Assembly: GCF_009914755.1 (NCBI RefSeq)
Contig: NC_060936.1
DNA from: the human T2T-CHM13v2.0 reference genome, Homo sapiens
DNA length: 64,000 bases
Direction: 5' to 3' (one strand)
Position 1 is the first letter of the stretch; the number at the start of each line of letters is the position of its first letter. A model generated the notes under the pieces. It was not told the origin of the DNA and did not search any database. It saw only the letters and a program-made list of their open reading frames with translations. Positions 38,109 to 57,450 of this stretch are shown piece by piece. Made by a program: the position numbers and the translations under genes.

Positions 38109-38308
38109 CAAGCTTGTCAAACCCAGCTAATTTTGTTCTTGTTGCTCTGTTTTGTTTTGTTTTAGGCTTTTAGCAGCCTGAAGCCATGGTTTTTAGTTTC
38201 TGTCTCCAGTGATAAGTGGAAAAGAGGGATGAGGAAAGGGCTTTACTGGTCCAACCAGAAACAGAAACTAAGAACCCATGACTGTATTCTCTCCTCTGGA
38301 CATCCCTG
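38109..38308 (-). mobile_element. MER107-like hAT-Charlie MITE
   Basis: GCAGCCTGAAGCCATGGTTTTTAGTTTCTG..CAGAAACAGAAACTAAGAACCCATGACTG..GGACATCCCTG, with an internal inverted repeat. Confidence 0.65.
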
Positions 38309-39035
38309 CCAGACACGGTCCTCCATCCTCTTCACATGGAGAGCTGCCTGGACTATTTTGACGACAAAAACTACTGGTTCTGCCCCTCAAAAATCCAATT
38401 AATGAACCTCAGCATCCAATTTACTCAACACCACCATTTTCCAATCAGTATGATAAAAAGAGAGTTGTAAAATTTATACTTTCTTAAAGAAAAATTCTTG
38501 GGGAAAATATGTAATCTTTGTGCCAAGCTAAATATATAATATTTTTCAAATTAACTATAAGTTGTTCCATTTGAGTGGGAAAGCAACCAATATCTTGGTG
38601 TGAAAAATGTGAGTCATATCACGTTGGTCATTTAGAAAGTATTCAATGAAGAAAAATATAGCAAAATGTATTCAGGTGTGATTTTGCAAAGGTGAAAAAA
38701 GTTTAGCACACACGATTAAGTGTGTGTCCATTTGTGGCCCTGGAGTGAGGGGCTGTGAGACTCTCCTCTTTCATTACACCACTGAAATGCACCCTGAATC
38801 TCACCATCCATTTCCCTTTCCCACACTGGGCCTGGCCATCACAAAGCTGCATGGTTTTTGGCTGCAGAATTAAAGCATGTCATTCTCAAACTGCCATGTG
38901 TGACCACTACAATCTACTGGGGAGGCTACAGTGAAAGGCTTGAGATTCTGCAGATACCCTCAGAGCAGGTGTTTACATAAACGCAACAGTTACAGGACCA
39001 CCCCATATGCCAGCCTTGGCATAAGATGTGGTTTA

Positions 39036-39520
<485 letters not shown>

Positions 39521-40202
39521 TGTGTACCCTTCTCTCCACTCCTCAACCCCCACCTCTGTTCTCCTGCCTCCTCACTCTCAGCATCTAGCACAGGGCCCTG
39601 TACTCTGGAGGTGTTCGATAACGTGTAAAGATTTGAATTGATCCAGCCAGGGCAGCCTGAGGAATGACATGCTTCCTCTCCTCTCCACAGGTCCCCTGGC
39701 TCTGTGACAATGAGTGGCTGCAATTCAATACAACCAGGTACATGAGGGAGGGTGGCACGTTCTCAGTGAAGCCTGGCTACGAGGGCTGCATTTTCTTCCA
39801 TTTCAACAACCCAAGCTCTCCAAAGGCAAGAAGTGACTCCTTTAGGCTGCCAGGGTGAAATGTGCTGTTGAAGCCTCAGGTTTCCTATGCATACCTCGAT
39901 AATCTGCTGTCGGAACTTGATGTTGCTGCATGGCTAGAGAATGGCAGAGAGAAAGACGGGGAACTCTTCTGAGAGTCTTGGTTATGAACTTCAGCAGCTT
40001 TCCCAGAAGCACGTCCCTGAGGTCTGCACAAAAGAAATCAAATCCAGGTGTTGTCTAGAAACAAACCTTTGTTTGAGCCTGTACAGCTCTCACTCGACGG
40101 CATTTTCACAGGAAAGTAGGAAGATTGGCTGTAATCATCCGTCCCAGTAGGAAGATCGGCTACAATCATCCCTCAGAATCCCTCTGAAAAGGTGTCCAGT
40201 GA

Positions 40203-40656
<454 letters not shown>

Positions 40657-41494
40657 CAGGGTGTTTCTCACAGCACCCACAGTCACCTTTATTTCTGAAC
40701 TTTGACTTATGTAAAACAGTAAATTCTGCTTTGTTTTGCTTGTTTGGGCTGTGTTTTCTGCCACGGGCCACTGAAGAAGACTCCACTGACAGAAAAGTTT
40801 TCCAGGATTGTGGCAGGCACTTTGCAAATTCAAACTCAGTACTACATACAAATAATTAGAGGAATTAATTATAACCAAACAATATTCTTCATCTGGAACT
40901 TTCCTTCCAAACCAACTCAGTGCCCAGAGGAAAGAGGTCCCATGACTTGAGTAATTCCTCTCCATTGATATCAAAGACTTGTCAGCGAAGGTGATTGCTC
41001 CAGCCCGCGGAGGTTAGAACATTCATCTAGAATGCCGGAAAACAACTGGCTTTCGAAAATACTCCCAGGCATGTCTCACTTAGGAGAATTTAGACACATA
41101 CTTTAGAATACACACATAACTCGCTGGAAGAAGAGAGTACAGCAAGGACTAAACTTGCAACACAGATGTTAGGGGTGACTGCAAAGCATTCATGTGGAGT
41201 GAGTAGGAAACGGCATTAATGCATTTAAAACAGATTTTAACCTAGGAAAATTCAGCTCACACACAATTTTGGAGGAACACATCTGTTGCGGAAATGCAAT
41301 GAACTTGAAATGGCAAAAGCAAATCTGACAAAAGCAAGGACCCTTCCTGAGCAATCTGCTAATATTCATGAAATTACCATTCATTGACCCTCTACTTTGT
41401 GCCAGGGAAGAACACGGGGAAAACGAGAGCAACAAGGCCCCTGCTACAGACATTCTGTTGACTCGCATGGAGTTAGAAAATTAATTTTAAAAAA

Positions 41495-41870
41495 CTAGTA
41501 AATGATAGCAGTACATGTATGAAGAAGAAAGGGAATAATGAGGGTGCTTACTAGGAAGGTAGGCAGAGGAGACTCTGCAGAGGTGACATTTAAGCAAAGA
41601 CCTAAATGAGGTGAGGGGTAGCCAAGGGATATCAAGAAGAGCTGGTTCCAGGCAGGAGGAGTGGCGAGAGCTAAGGCCTTGAGGTTGGCATGTGCTTTGC
41701 GTGTTGGAGGGTCAGCAAGGATGCCCGTGTGCATGGAGAGAAATGAGAAAATAAGAGATGGATAGGTGATGGGGTCAGAGAAAAAATGAGCCAGAAATTG
41801 TACAGCCTTGAGAAAGACTTGAGGTTTTACTTGAGTAACACAGGATGGGGATGCAGTTGGAGGTTTTTCT
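41495..41870 (-). mobile_element. L2 fragment
   Basis: GAGGTGACATTTAAGCAAAGACCTAAATGA..TTCCAGGCAG..AAGGCCTTGAGG. Confidence 0.75.
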
Positions 41871-41901
41871 TTCTTTTTTAAAAAGAAAATTAGTAGGGAA
41901 G

Positions 41902-42646
<745 letters not shown>

Positions 42647-42839
42647 GGAAGCTGCCTGACTTGCATGCTAAAAAGATCATTTATTTTTTTAATATGAACA
42701 TGGATGTCAGATAAGCATAGGGCTATAAGATAAACTGACTGCGGGACCACAGGGTGGATGTGAATGAAATGAGGATAGGACTCCTCCATGTATATCTTTC
42801 AATATCATTTTAATTTTTGAAACTTTAAATGTATTTGTG

Positions 42840-43204
42840 TTCTTGTCAGCTCAGGCTGCTATAACAAAATACCAGAGGCTCGGTGGCTTAAGCAACAGAA
42901 ATTTGTTCCTTAACACCTCTGAAGGCTAGAAGCCTGGGATCAAGGTTCTGCTGATTTGGCTCCTGGTGAGGGCTCTCTTACTGGCCTGCGGACAGGTGCC
43001 TTCTCGTGTGCTTTCACAGGGGAGACAGACAGAAAGCTTTCTGGTGTCTCTCCTTATAAGGGTGCTAATCTCATCATGGGGCTCTACCCTCATGACCTTA
43101 CCTAAATCTAATCACCCCAAAGGCCCTCATCTCCAAAAACCCCACACTGGAGTTAGGGCATCAACATGTAAATCTTGGGGAGACACAAACATTCAGCCCA
43201 TAAC
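42840..43204 (-). mobile_element. MLT1A0-like LTR
   Basis: CTCAGGCTGCTATAACAAAATACC..GGAGACACAAACATTCAGCCCATAAC. Confidence 0.85.
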
Positions 43205-44093
43205 TATTAGGGATTGAACAAATACATAAATATGAGGATCCCCTGGCTGCTGTGGGGCAAGCAGGCTGTGGGTCCCCGACAGAGGCATGGAGGTGGGTCG
43301 GGAGGTCCTGAGTGGCCCCACTGCAGGTGCTGTAGTGTGGACTAGGGGTGCTGTTGGGAGGAGATGATGAATAGCAGACTTGGGGTATCTTTTTGGGAGC
43401 AGAAGCAGCAGGATTTTCTGTGGGCTTGGGTACATGGAGTAGTCAGGATGACTCCTTCAAAGACCTCCAGATTTCTTTCTGGTGCCCTTATGAGAAGAGA
43501 TGGAGGATTTCATAAGGAAGACTAGTCCTGCTTCCATTGCAACCCCTCCCATCGTTCATTACTATAATATTTAGGTGACTGTCCTTGAATCTTAAAAAAA
43601 CTGGGGGGCAAGATTTCATGAAAGATACCAGGTCTTTTTCTTTAGTAAGCTTTCTTTTGCCTGAAGGGAAAATCTCATCAGATTCTCACTCATTTTTTAG
43701 ATAATAGCATGTTAGACAAATCAATTAAATCCCTCAAACATCTATAAAACCCAATTCATTAATTCACTCCAAAACCTTATAAAAATAGAAGTATTCTTTC
43801 TTCATAAACACACATTCATTTCATGATGATTCGATTAAAATAAAATATTGTACATGTTAAGACATAAGTCAGATATTTGCATCTTAGAACAACTCAACTT
43901 CAGCTTTACAACATACACCTTTTGAAAACAGCACGTTTGTATACATTCACCAAGTGAATGAGACACAAAGAAAGTTTTGTAAGTAGTCTTCAAGACGTAT
44001 TTTTTACAAAAATATATCCATATATAAACACACATACATGAGCATATACATGTGTACACATATGTATATGCAATGTAGATAGGAACACACGTG

Positions 44094-44487
<394 letters not shown>

Positions 44488-45379
44488 TCATAGGCTATGC
44501 CTTGTGTAATTAAATTAGACTCCAGTGTGGATGGCAGCCCTGCGCCTCCACTCACTCTGAGCTGTGCAAGTGCACAGCTATCCTATAGCCTGTACGCCCA
44601 GCAGAAGTATCCCTGGTTATGCACGAAACTGAAAGATTTTGTCTGCAGCCTCTTAATTTTCCTCCCTGTCTCGTATCTGCCTGCTTCCAATCCACCGTGC
44701 ATATTAATGACAGATTTATTTTCCTTTGACAATGGTCTCTGTTAGATAAAGCAGAAGGTACTTGATCAAAGAATAACCGCTACAGGAAAAGGCTACTCTG
44801 AATGAATTTTAAACCAGGTTCCAACATTTCAAAGTCAAAAATGAAAAGAAATTTTTAAAGCTTTGATTAAGACTTGGACAATGAAGCTAAAATTATTAAA
44901 TTAGCTTGCTTCATAGCACTTCAGCAACATTAGCTTATAATTACAACCGCAGGCTAATTCTTAGGAAAAACACAAAGACTGCAGCCCAACTCCATATCGA
45001 ATTAATATAATGAATACAGAGGAGAAAAATGTTAATCTGTGAAGTATAAACCTTTAAAATACAACACAACACTTGTAACACTCTTTGTCACTTCTTCGTC
45101 TGTCAGAATTCTGGGATCCTTGGAAATGGGAAGTGATCCTATCCTCTCTCCGTCTCTGGGAAGCCTAGAGGAAAAGTCACCAGGTGGAGCTTTAACTTCC
45201 GTTATTTATTTTATCAGAACTAAGTATAAAAATTTCTAAATAACCTTAGTGGAATGACCTTCAATATCACCACTAATAGATACTAAATTATTAAAATACA
45301 TGAATCTGTTTCTGGATTTTGAAAATCTAAGCCAGGGACCCATTTTTCTTAATCTTTAAGTTAAAAATCAGCTAAATTT

Positions 45380-45659
45380 GGCCGGGCATGGTGGCTCACA
45401 CCTGTAATCCCAGCACTTTGGGAGACCGAGGCAGGCGGATCATGAGGTCAGGAGATCGAGACCATCCTGGCTAACACGGTGAAACCCTGTCTCTACTAAA
45501 AAAAAAATTAGCCGGGTGTGGTGGCGGGTGCCTGTAGTCCCAGCTACTCGGGAGGCTGAGGCAGGAGAATGGTGCAAACCCGGGAGGCGAGCCGGGATCG
45601 CACCACTGCACTCCAGCCTGGGCAACAGAGCGAGACTCCGACTCAAAAAAAAAAAAAAA
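45380..45659 (+). mobile_element. AluY with small right-arm deletion
   Basis: GAGATCGAGACCATCCTGGCTAACACGG; GGAGGCGAGCC lacks ~11 bp; TSD AGCTAA(A/T)TTT. Confidence 0.92.
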
Positions 45660-46411
45660 GCTAATTTTAAGGTAAATGACCACAGATGGACAGTGGTTTC
45701 CATACTGGAAAAGACTGGAGAGCTTTCACCTGTGGCCTAACTTCACCCCACCTCCTTCTTACCCTGGGGCTTCACTATACTCTCACAGTCTTTCTGCTGC
45801 CTGCGTCCCTCCGTCTGCCTGTATTAGAATCTAAGTGATCTCCCCCCTCTGGTTTAACATTAGGACCCAGGATAGCACCTGACATGCATTAGCCTTTAAC
45901 ACACATCCACCAAACAGGAGTTTTTCTATCCCTGTATCAATGGCATGAAAGCATGTAGGTTTATAATTTGGAGAAACTGCTTTTTCTTCATTATGCCTAT
46001 TCTATAACTAATTGTGGCTATTTTAAGCATCTGTTTTTCTAGAGGAATTTTAGAATTATTTTGTTATTTTTCTGAAAACCCTGCTAGAATTTTTTAAAAT
46101 TATAGTAAGAACACTGAACTGCTAGCATTTGAATGAGTGTCATATTGCATTTATAGATTACTTTGTGGTGAGTCAATCACTTTTTGATAGTAGCTTTTTT
46201 TTTTTTTATCATTTCAGAATAGGAAATGCCAATACTGATGTCTTAATCCTTATCCCCTTTAGCAAAGTTGGGGAGTGCTTTTTTTCTACTGTTTTCAAAA
46301 AGTTTTTCTTGAGGTTATTCTTTGGTAGTTTAAATTTTTACACAAGGCAATTTTTATATACCATTGAGAGCTATTCAGAAAAAAAAAATGCTCCAAGTCC
46401 ATGGGTCCTAA

Positions 46412-47076
<665 letters not shown>

Positions 47077-47807
47077 TAAAGCTAAGGTAAAAATCTGTGT
47101 GTCGGACACTCACACAACACTACATTCCCTTATACACACACACACATGCACGCACGCGCCTAGAAGAGGACAAGCCTCTGACGCACTTCTGGAGAAAATG
47201 TTCAAAGAATGTGTAAAAGCTTTCTATGTTTTTTAATCATTTCCGCTCTAGCAGCTAAACACACCATGTGAGAGAAATTTTCATCCTGTGGGAGCTGAGA
47301 ACCTGGTGGGTGAATCATTCGTGTAAATTATGAATTACCACTTTCAGCAATTTGAGAGGCTGATTTGTCACCAACATTATGAGATGCTCCTATATTGTTC
47401 AATTCCTATAAAATAAATAAAAGCATTTCTTTGCATATAGAGTGTGAAAACAAGAGGTACTTATAAACAGTAAAGAGTAAATACACATATTTGAACACAA
47501 TATTACTTTGTATTGTTATGTTACCGAGCTTCCCCATTGCCTATTCCAGGGAGCGTAAATACCTCTGATCTGCATAATCTTGCATGAGGAAGCTGCATCA
47601 TGCTTGCATGAGAAAGCTGTTCCATGTCTGCACACGTGCAGACATAGCAGAGACTCTGCTTGATGGGGACTATGAGTTAACGTAGACTTCTGAATCTTAG
47701 TATGTGTATGCCTAGGAACGTCACTTAAAGGTTCTAAATGCTTCATTAGAACATAGACCCTCCTCTAAAGAGGAACATGGATTCCTCTGCCTTGTTCCTT
47801 CTGGAGC

Positions 47808-48004
47808 ACTGCTACCCAGTGGAACTTTGTCCCATGATGGGTGTGTCCCAAGTGTGCCCATCCACTATGGCAGCCATGAGTTCCATGTGGATCCTGAGCA
47901 CTTGAGAGGTGGCCAGAGCCACCGAGGATCTGAGCTTTTCATTCTAGTTAATTCTAACTTAAATGACCACAGAGGGACAGGGGTTTCCACACAGGAAAAC
48001 ACAG
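47808..48004. mobile_element. MER3-like hAT-Charlie MITE
   Basis: CAGTGGAACTTT..ATGATGG..ATGGCAGCCA..GAGCACTTGAGAGGTGGC. Confidence 0.6.
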
Positions 48005-48032
48005 TACAGAGTTTACCGGCATGCAACATTAG

Positions 48033-48414
<382 letters not shown>

Positions 48415-48419
48415 TTCTC

Positions 48420-49407
<988 letters not shown>

Positions 49408-50059
49408 TAATTATTGCTATTTTAAACAGCAGATTTCAGCTAGAGTTGATATTTCTGAGCCATAACCTTCTCTGAGGCTCTGAGGGGACAAAACATCTCT
49501 CAGCTCTTGTCTCCCCTCATTCTGTGACATCATCATCTCGCTTTCATCGGCAGTCCGTCTTCCACAAATATTTCGAGATCACTTCTTCCCTAATGTTCTC
49601 ACTCCCATTGTTTTCATCGTGTTATCTTCATTGCTTTCTTCCTTTCTTTCCTATATTGCATATGGTACCTTGGCCGGGTAAGATGTGAATAGGGTTGTTT
49701 AATCCTCCTCCTTCAACTAGAATTACCAAATGAAATTTTGACTGTACTGCAATACTCTAATAATCCACATTTTTTATTTTTTTGAAAATTACTCTGTTAC
49801 CAGTAATCTACATTAGAATGTTAGAACAATTAGCCAAGATATCAGAAAATCCTATTTCAAAGCCACTTTAAAAAAATACAAAATATTTCTCTGTCATTCA
49901 AATTTATTTAAAAAAAAAACACCCATTGCTTGTGCAGAGTCCAGATTCCTAACCTGAAGACAATATGATGGGATATGATGGGGTTGTCTCCTGAAGCATG
50001 AACAGCTTAAATAAATTGATTTGTTTATTCAGGAACCTTCTGTAGAAGGCATCGCTAGC

Positions 50060-50820
<761 letters not shown>

Positions 50821-50882
50821 CATTCTCTAGTAATTATTCAATATTCAATAGTTTGAGATTTAACATTTCTAAGGAACATAAG

Positions 50883-51246
50883 TGATATGGTCTGGCTGTG
50901 TCCCCACCCAAATCTCACCTTGAATTGTAACTCCCATAATTTCCTCATGTTGTGGGAGGGGCCTGGTGGGAGATAATTGAATCATGGAGGCAGTTTCCCC
51001 CATACTATTCTTGTGGTAGTGAATAAGTCTCACAAGATCTGATAGTTTTATAAGGGGAAACCCTTTTCACTTGGCTCTCATTTTCTCTCTTGCCTGCCAC
51101 CACGTAAGACATGCCTTTTGCCTTCTGCCATGATTGTGAGACCTCCCCAGCCATGTGGAACAGTGAATCCATTAAATCTATTTTTCTTTATAAATTACAC
51201 AGACTTGGGTATGTCTTTGTCAGCAGTATGAAAACAGACTAATATA
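50883..51246 (+). mobile_element. THE1C-like solo LTR
   Basis: TGATATGGTCTGGCTGTGTCCCCACCCAAATCTC..GACTAATATA with perfect TSD ATAAG. Confidence 0.92.
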
Positions 51247-52199
51247 ATAAGTGACGTCATTTCCAACAATTTGGGCATAAAATGGATTTGGGAGGATGGT
51301 GTGATTTTCTCACCCTAGAGAAATATAGGTGATATTGGAGAGAATTAGATACATCCTTTTCTTTTTTTGGCAAGCACCCTCCTAGTAACATTAGTCTTTT
51401 GAAAATGATAACACATTTCCTAAGGTTTTGAGTTCCACAAATATTTACTGTGTGCCAGGTACTTTGCAAAATGAGTAAGAAACTCTTACCTTGATCTTGG
51501 GGAGCTTACACTCAATTCTAGGGGACAATCAAACCATATGGTAAATTTTATAATAGAGGTTTGCACAGTGCACTATTGAAATATCCAGAAATAAGTAATA
51601 TTCCTTTCATGAAAAGTCATACAAAATATTAGAAACATCTTAGCTGGGCATGAACGAACAATACCTCATACTCAGTGTGTGCTCACACAATTAAATGAAA
51701 TTAAAATATTTGACCCTACTTCCAGCCAGAACACAACCGACACAAATCTATGAGTGCAAGGGCACTGTGGTGCTTTCTTATGCAGAAACAAAATCAGGTC
51801 ACCAAAATTAAACTTCTTTGCCTTGCTAACTTCAACTCAGTTACCATGTGAGCACCCTGCTGAATCTCTCCGCATAAAGTGGGCGGCTGTGTTATTCTTT
51901 CTCTCAACACCATACGCTTTTTTCTTCTTAGCACTTATTGGCAATTTTAAATTATACATTTGTTTTTGTGATCATTACCCTAATTAAATTGAAACCTTTA
52001 TGAGAGAGAGAATGAATCTTCCGGCTCATTATGGTTTCCTAGCAGCAAACACATAAGATGCATTCAATAACTATACGGTGGACAAAATGAATTAATTTCA
52101 AAGTTGTGAATATGTGATAGTCATTTTTTAACTTATTCAGAAGTCACTCCTTCCTTTGCAACTAGAAGGTCTTGTTTGACACAGAGGCCATTTCCCCCA

Positions 52200-53150
52200 G
52201 CTTTACTAAAGAATGATTGACAAATAAAAATTGTATATATTTGGGTTGGCAATGAACCTAGCCTTAAGAAAAACCAACAAGTGCCCTCCTTATGATGGGG
52301 GGATGCAGCATGATGTGCTGATAGACACATATGTTGTGAAATGATGACCACAATCAGGATAACTGACATATTCATCACTTCACCTAGTTACCATTTTTCT
52401 TTTGGTCTGGTAAGAACACTTGAGATGTCCTCTCTTAGCATATTTTAATTTTACAATACATGACTATTAACTATCGTTACCATGCCACACATTACATCTC
52501 CAGAACTTACTCATTTTACAACCGAAAATTTGCTGGACACTTTGACGAGCATCTCCTTGTATCTGTTCCCCCACCCCACCGCCCAGTCTCTGGTCACCAC
52601 CATTCTACTATTCTACTCTCTGTTTCTGTGAATTCAACTCTTTTAGATTCCACATATAGGTGAGATCATGCCGTATCTGTCTTTCTGTGCCTGGCTTATT
52701 TCCCTTAGCACAATGTGCTCTAGGTTCATCCATGCTGTCACAAATGACATTTCATTCTCACTTCATGCTGAATAAAATTCCATCACATGTGCACACTCCA
52801 TTCCTTTATGCATCATCCACTGATGGGCACCTAAGTTGTTTCCGTATCTTGACTATGGTGAATTATGCTGTGATGAACAATGAGTGTGGGAGTGGAGGTG
52901 TCCCTTCAGCATGCTGATTTTATCTCCTTTGGAAGTCCACCCAGAAGTCAAATTGTTGGATCGTATGGTTGTTCTAGTTTTAATTTTGGAGGTAACCTAC
53001 CTACCATTTTCTGTAATGCCTGTACCAATTTATATTCCCAGCACCAGTGTACAAGGCTTCCCTTTCCCCACATCGTCACCAACACTTGTTTCCTCTGTCT
53101 TTTTGGTAACGGCCATTCTAACAGGTATGTGAGGGGCTATCTCATAGTAG
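52200..53150 (-). mobile_element. L1MA/MB 3' end
   Basis: TTGACAAATAAAAATTGTATATAT, TTTTAGATTCCACATAT, GGCCATTCTAACAGGT. Confidence 0.9.
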
Positions 53151-53810
53151 ATTGGTATACGGGCCATTTTTGATAGAAAAATTGTCCAGGCCGAAAAGAA
53201 GTTCTGTTCCTACCATTTGAAAAATACATAAGAAACACAAGTGAGCGGACATAGATATCTAATATTTTCTGCCAGAGATGAGATTTGCTTCTCAAACCAC
53301 ATCTGACCCACAGGAACTGTGACTCACAAGATGCCTGCTGTGATCAGGCCAAAGTGGAAGTGCTTTTCTTTCTCAGCAGAGTCTACCTGTGCACATCCCA
53401 TCTGCTCAGGTCAGGGCTTAGGTGGTGCCACAGAAACACCTCCTCTGCAATGATGTTGTCTATCTCGGTTTCCAGTCAGGTCACAAAGCTCACTGAGGAT
53501 GGCAGGGAGGGCAAACAATGCCCATCCTTAAGGACCATCCACACAGGGAAATGCATTGATCAGACTGGCATGGTGGCTGACACCAGCACCCAACCCTCCC
53601 TTTCCTTTTCAACCAGAGCCTGGTTCTCCTTTGGGGAGTTCAGATCTTTGCTCTTCTCTGTTAATCATTGGCCATTCTCAGCTTAGAGGCACATTCTGCT
53701 CGGCTTAACACTGCTATTCTTCCCCCTTCTGTACTGAGGTGCATGGTGTCTTCCAAATAGTCATGCCTACTCAGGACCTGAGAATGAGGCCTTATTTGAA
53801 AATAGGGCCT

Positions 53811-54978
<1,168 letters not shown>

Positions 54979-54980
<2 letters not shown>

Positions 54981-56505
54981 GAGCCCCTATAGCCAAGACA
55001 ATCCTATGCAAAAAGAACAAAGCTGGAGGCATCATACTACCTGACTTCAAGCTATACTACAAGGCTGCAGTAACCAAAACAGGATGATACTGGTACCAAA
55101 ACAGATACGTAGACCAATGGAACAGAACAGAGGCCTCAGAAATAACACCACACATCTACAACCATCTGATCTTTGACAAATCTGACAAAAACAAGCAATG
55201 GGGGAAAGGATTCCCTATTTAATAAATGGTTCTGGGAAAACTGGCTAGCCATATGCAGAAAACTAACACTGTACCCCTTCCTTACACCTTATACAAAAAT
55301 TAATTCAAGATGGATTAAAGACTTAAACATAAGACCTAAAACCATAAAAACCCTAGAAGAAAACCTAGGCAATACCATTCAGGACATAGGCATGGGCAAA
55401 GACTTAACTACTAAAACACCAAAAGCAATGGCAAAAAAGTGCCAAAATTGACAAATGGGATCCAATCAAACTAAAGAGCTTCTGCACAGCAAAAGAAACT
55501 ATCATCAGAGTGAACAGGCAACCTACAGAATGGGAGAAAATTTTTGCAATCTATCCATCTGACAAAGGGCTAATATCCAGAATCTACAAGGAACCTAAAC
55601 AAATTTACAAGAAAAAAACAAACCCCATCAAACAATAGGCAAAGGATATGAACAGACACTTCTCAAAAGAAGACGTTTATGTGGCCAAGAAACATATGAA
55701 AAAAAGCTCATCGTCACTGGTCATTAGAGAAATGCAAATCAAAACCACAATGAGCTACCATCTCATGCCAGTTAGAAAGGCGATCATTAAAAGTCAGGAA
55801 ACAACAGATGCTGGAGAGGATGTGGAGAAATAGGAACACTTTTACACTGTTGGTGGAACTGTAAATTAGTTGTTGAACTAATGGTTGCATTGTGGAAGAC
55901 AGTGTGGTGATTCCTTAAGGATCTAGAACCAGAGATACCATTTGACTTGGCAATCCCATTACTGGGTATACACCCAAAGGATGATAAATCATTCTACTAT
56001 AAAGACACATACACGTGTATGTTAATTGCAGCACCATTTACAATAGCAAAGACTTGGAACCAACCCAAATGCCCGTCAATGATAGACTGGATAAAAAAAA
56101 GTGACACATATACACCATGGAATACTATGCAGCCATAAAAAAGGATGAGTTCATGTCCTTTGCAGAGACATGGATGAAGCTGGAAACCATCATCCTCAGC
56201 AAACTAACACAGGAACAGAAAACCAAACACCACACGTTCTCACTCATAAGCGGGAGTTGAACAATGAGAACACATGGACACAGGGAGGGGAACATCACAC
56301 ACCGGGGCCTGTTGGTGGGTGGGGGACAAGGGGAGGGAGAGCATTAGGAGAAATACCTAATGCATGTGGGGCTTAAAACCTAGGTGATGGGTTGATGGGT
56401 GCAGCAAACCACCATGGCACATGTATACCTATGTAACAAACCTGCACGTTCTGCACATGTATCCCAGAACTTAAAGTATAATAATAATAATTAATAATAA
56501 TAAAA
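54979..56505 (+). mobile_element. L1PA (PA7/PA8-like) 3' segment with tail
   Basis: ORF2 C-terminal peptides ([16 protein letters not shown]), L1PA 3'UTR, (TAA)n tail; TSD GAAAATAGGGCCT / GAAAGTGGGGCCT. Confidence 0.95.
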
Positions 56506-56949
56506 GAAAGTGGGGCCTCTACAGTTGTAATTAGCTAAGTTAAGATGAGGCCATGCTGTATACGGGTGGGTTCCAAATCAACAGTCAGTGTTCCTATACG
56601 AAGGCCAGGTAAAGATGCAGAGATACAGATAGAGACACAGGGCAGAGGGCAATGTGATAGCAGAGTCATGCTGAGTGACAATCAAGTGAAGCAACGACAG
56701 CCAGCACAGGCCAAGGGCTGCCCCACCGCAGCCTGAGGATGCAGGGAAGGAACCTCCCAAGAGCCTTCCACGGGAGCAGGGCCCCGCTGACACCTTGATT
56801 TCAGACTTCTAGTTTTCAGAACAGTGAGACACTAAACTTCTGTTGCCTTTTCCCACCCAGTTTGTGGGACTTCGTTATGTAAAAAATGGGTGGAGAAAAC
56901 TAATACACCCTATTTCTTCTATTTCCTTGAGAGTCCCCAACTCCAAGCT

Positions 56950-57450
56950 ACACCTTCAAGTTTGGGTGGGACTCAGGCTGTCTCCATGTTCTTGGGGGTG
57001 GGGTCACCGAACCTCTGCCTGGCCAATCAGTAATGACTGTGATGGGTTCAGAAACGGGAATGTGACCAGTTTCAGCCAGCAAGAGTAAATCCTAGCAATT
57101 CCATGGGACCTCCTGCAAGAGGCTCTTTTCCCTGCGTATTAGGGGATGAAGATGAGCGTGCAGGAACAGCAGCAAATATTTTGCCACCATGAGGGAGACA
57201 GGTACTAGGAGGGGCACTGTGCACAGTGTAAGGATGAAAACTTTAGCAGAAGGAGGATGGTAAGGGACAGAAGGAGAGAGAGAGAGAGACTGTTCCTGAT
57301 AACATCCTTTAAAATATTCATTAAAGTTTTGCTGGAAACCAGAAATACCACTTAACTTCTCAGTTGCATAAGCTAATAATATAATTCTTTATGGCTAATC
57401 TGCCTCCGGTTGCATTTTCTGCTACTTACAATGAAGAGAATACTAAATAT
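56950..57450 (+). mobile_element. Old MLT1 (K/L-like) LTR
   Basis: GCCTGGCCAATCAG..GGTTCAGAAACGGG..GTGACC, CTTCTCAGTTGCATAAGCTAATA. Confidence 0.5.
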
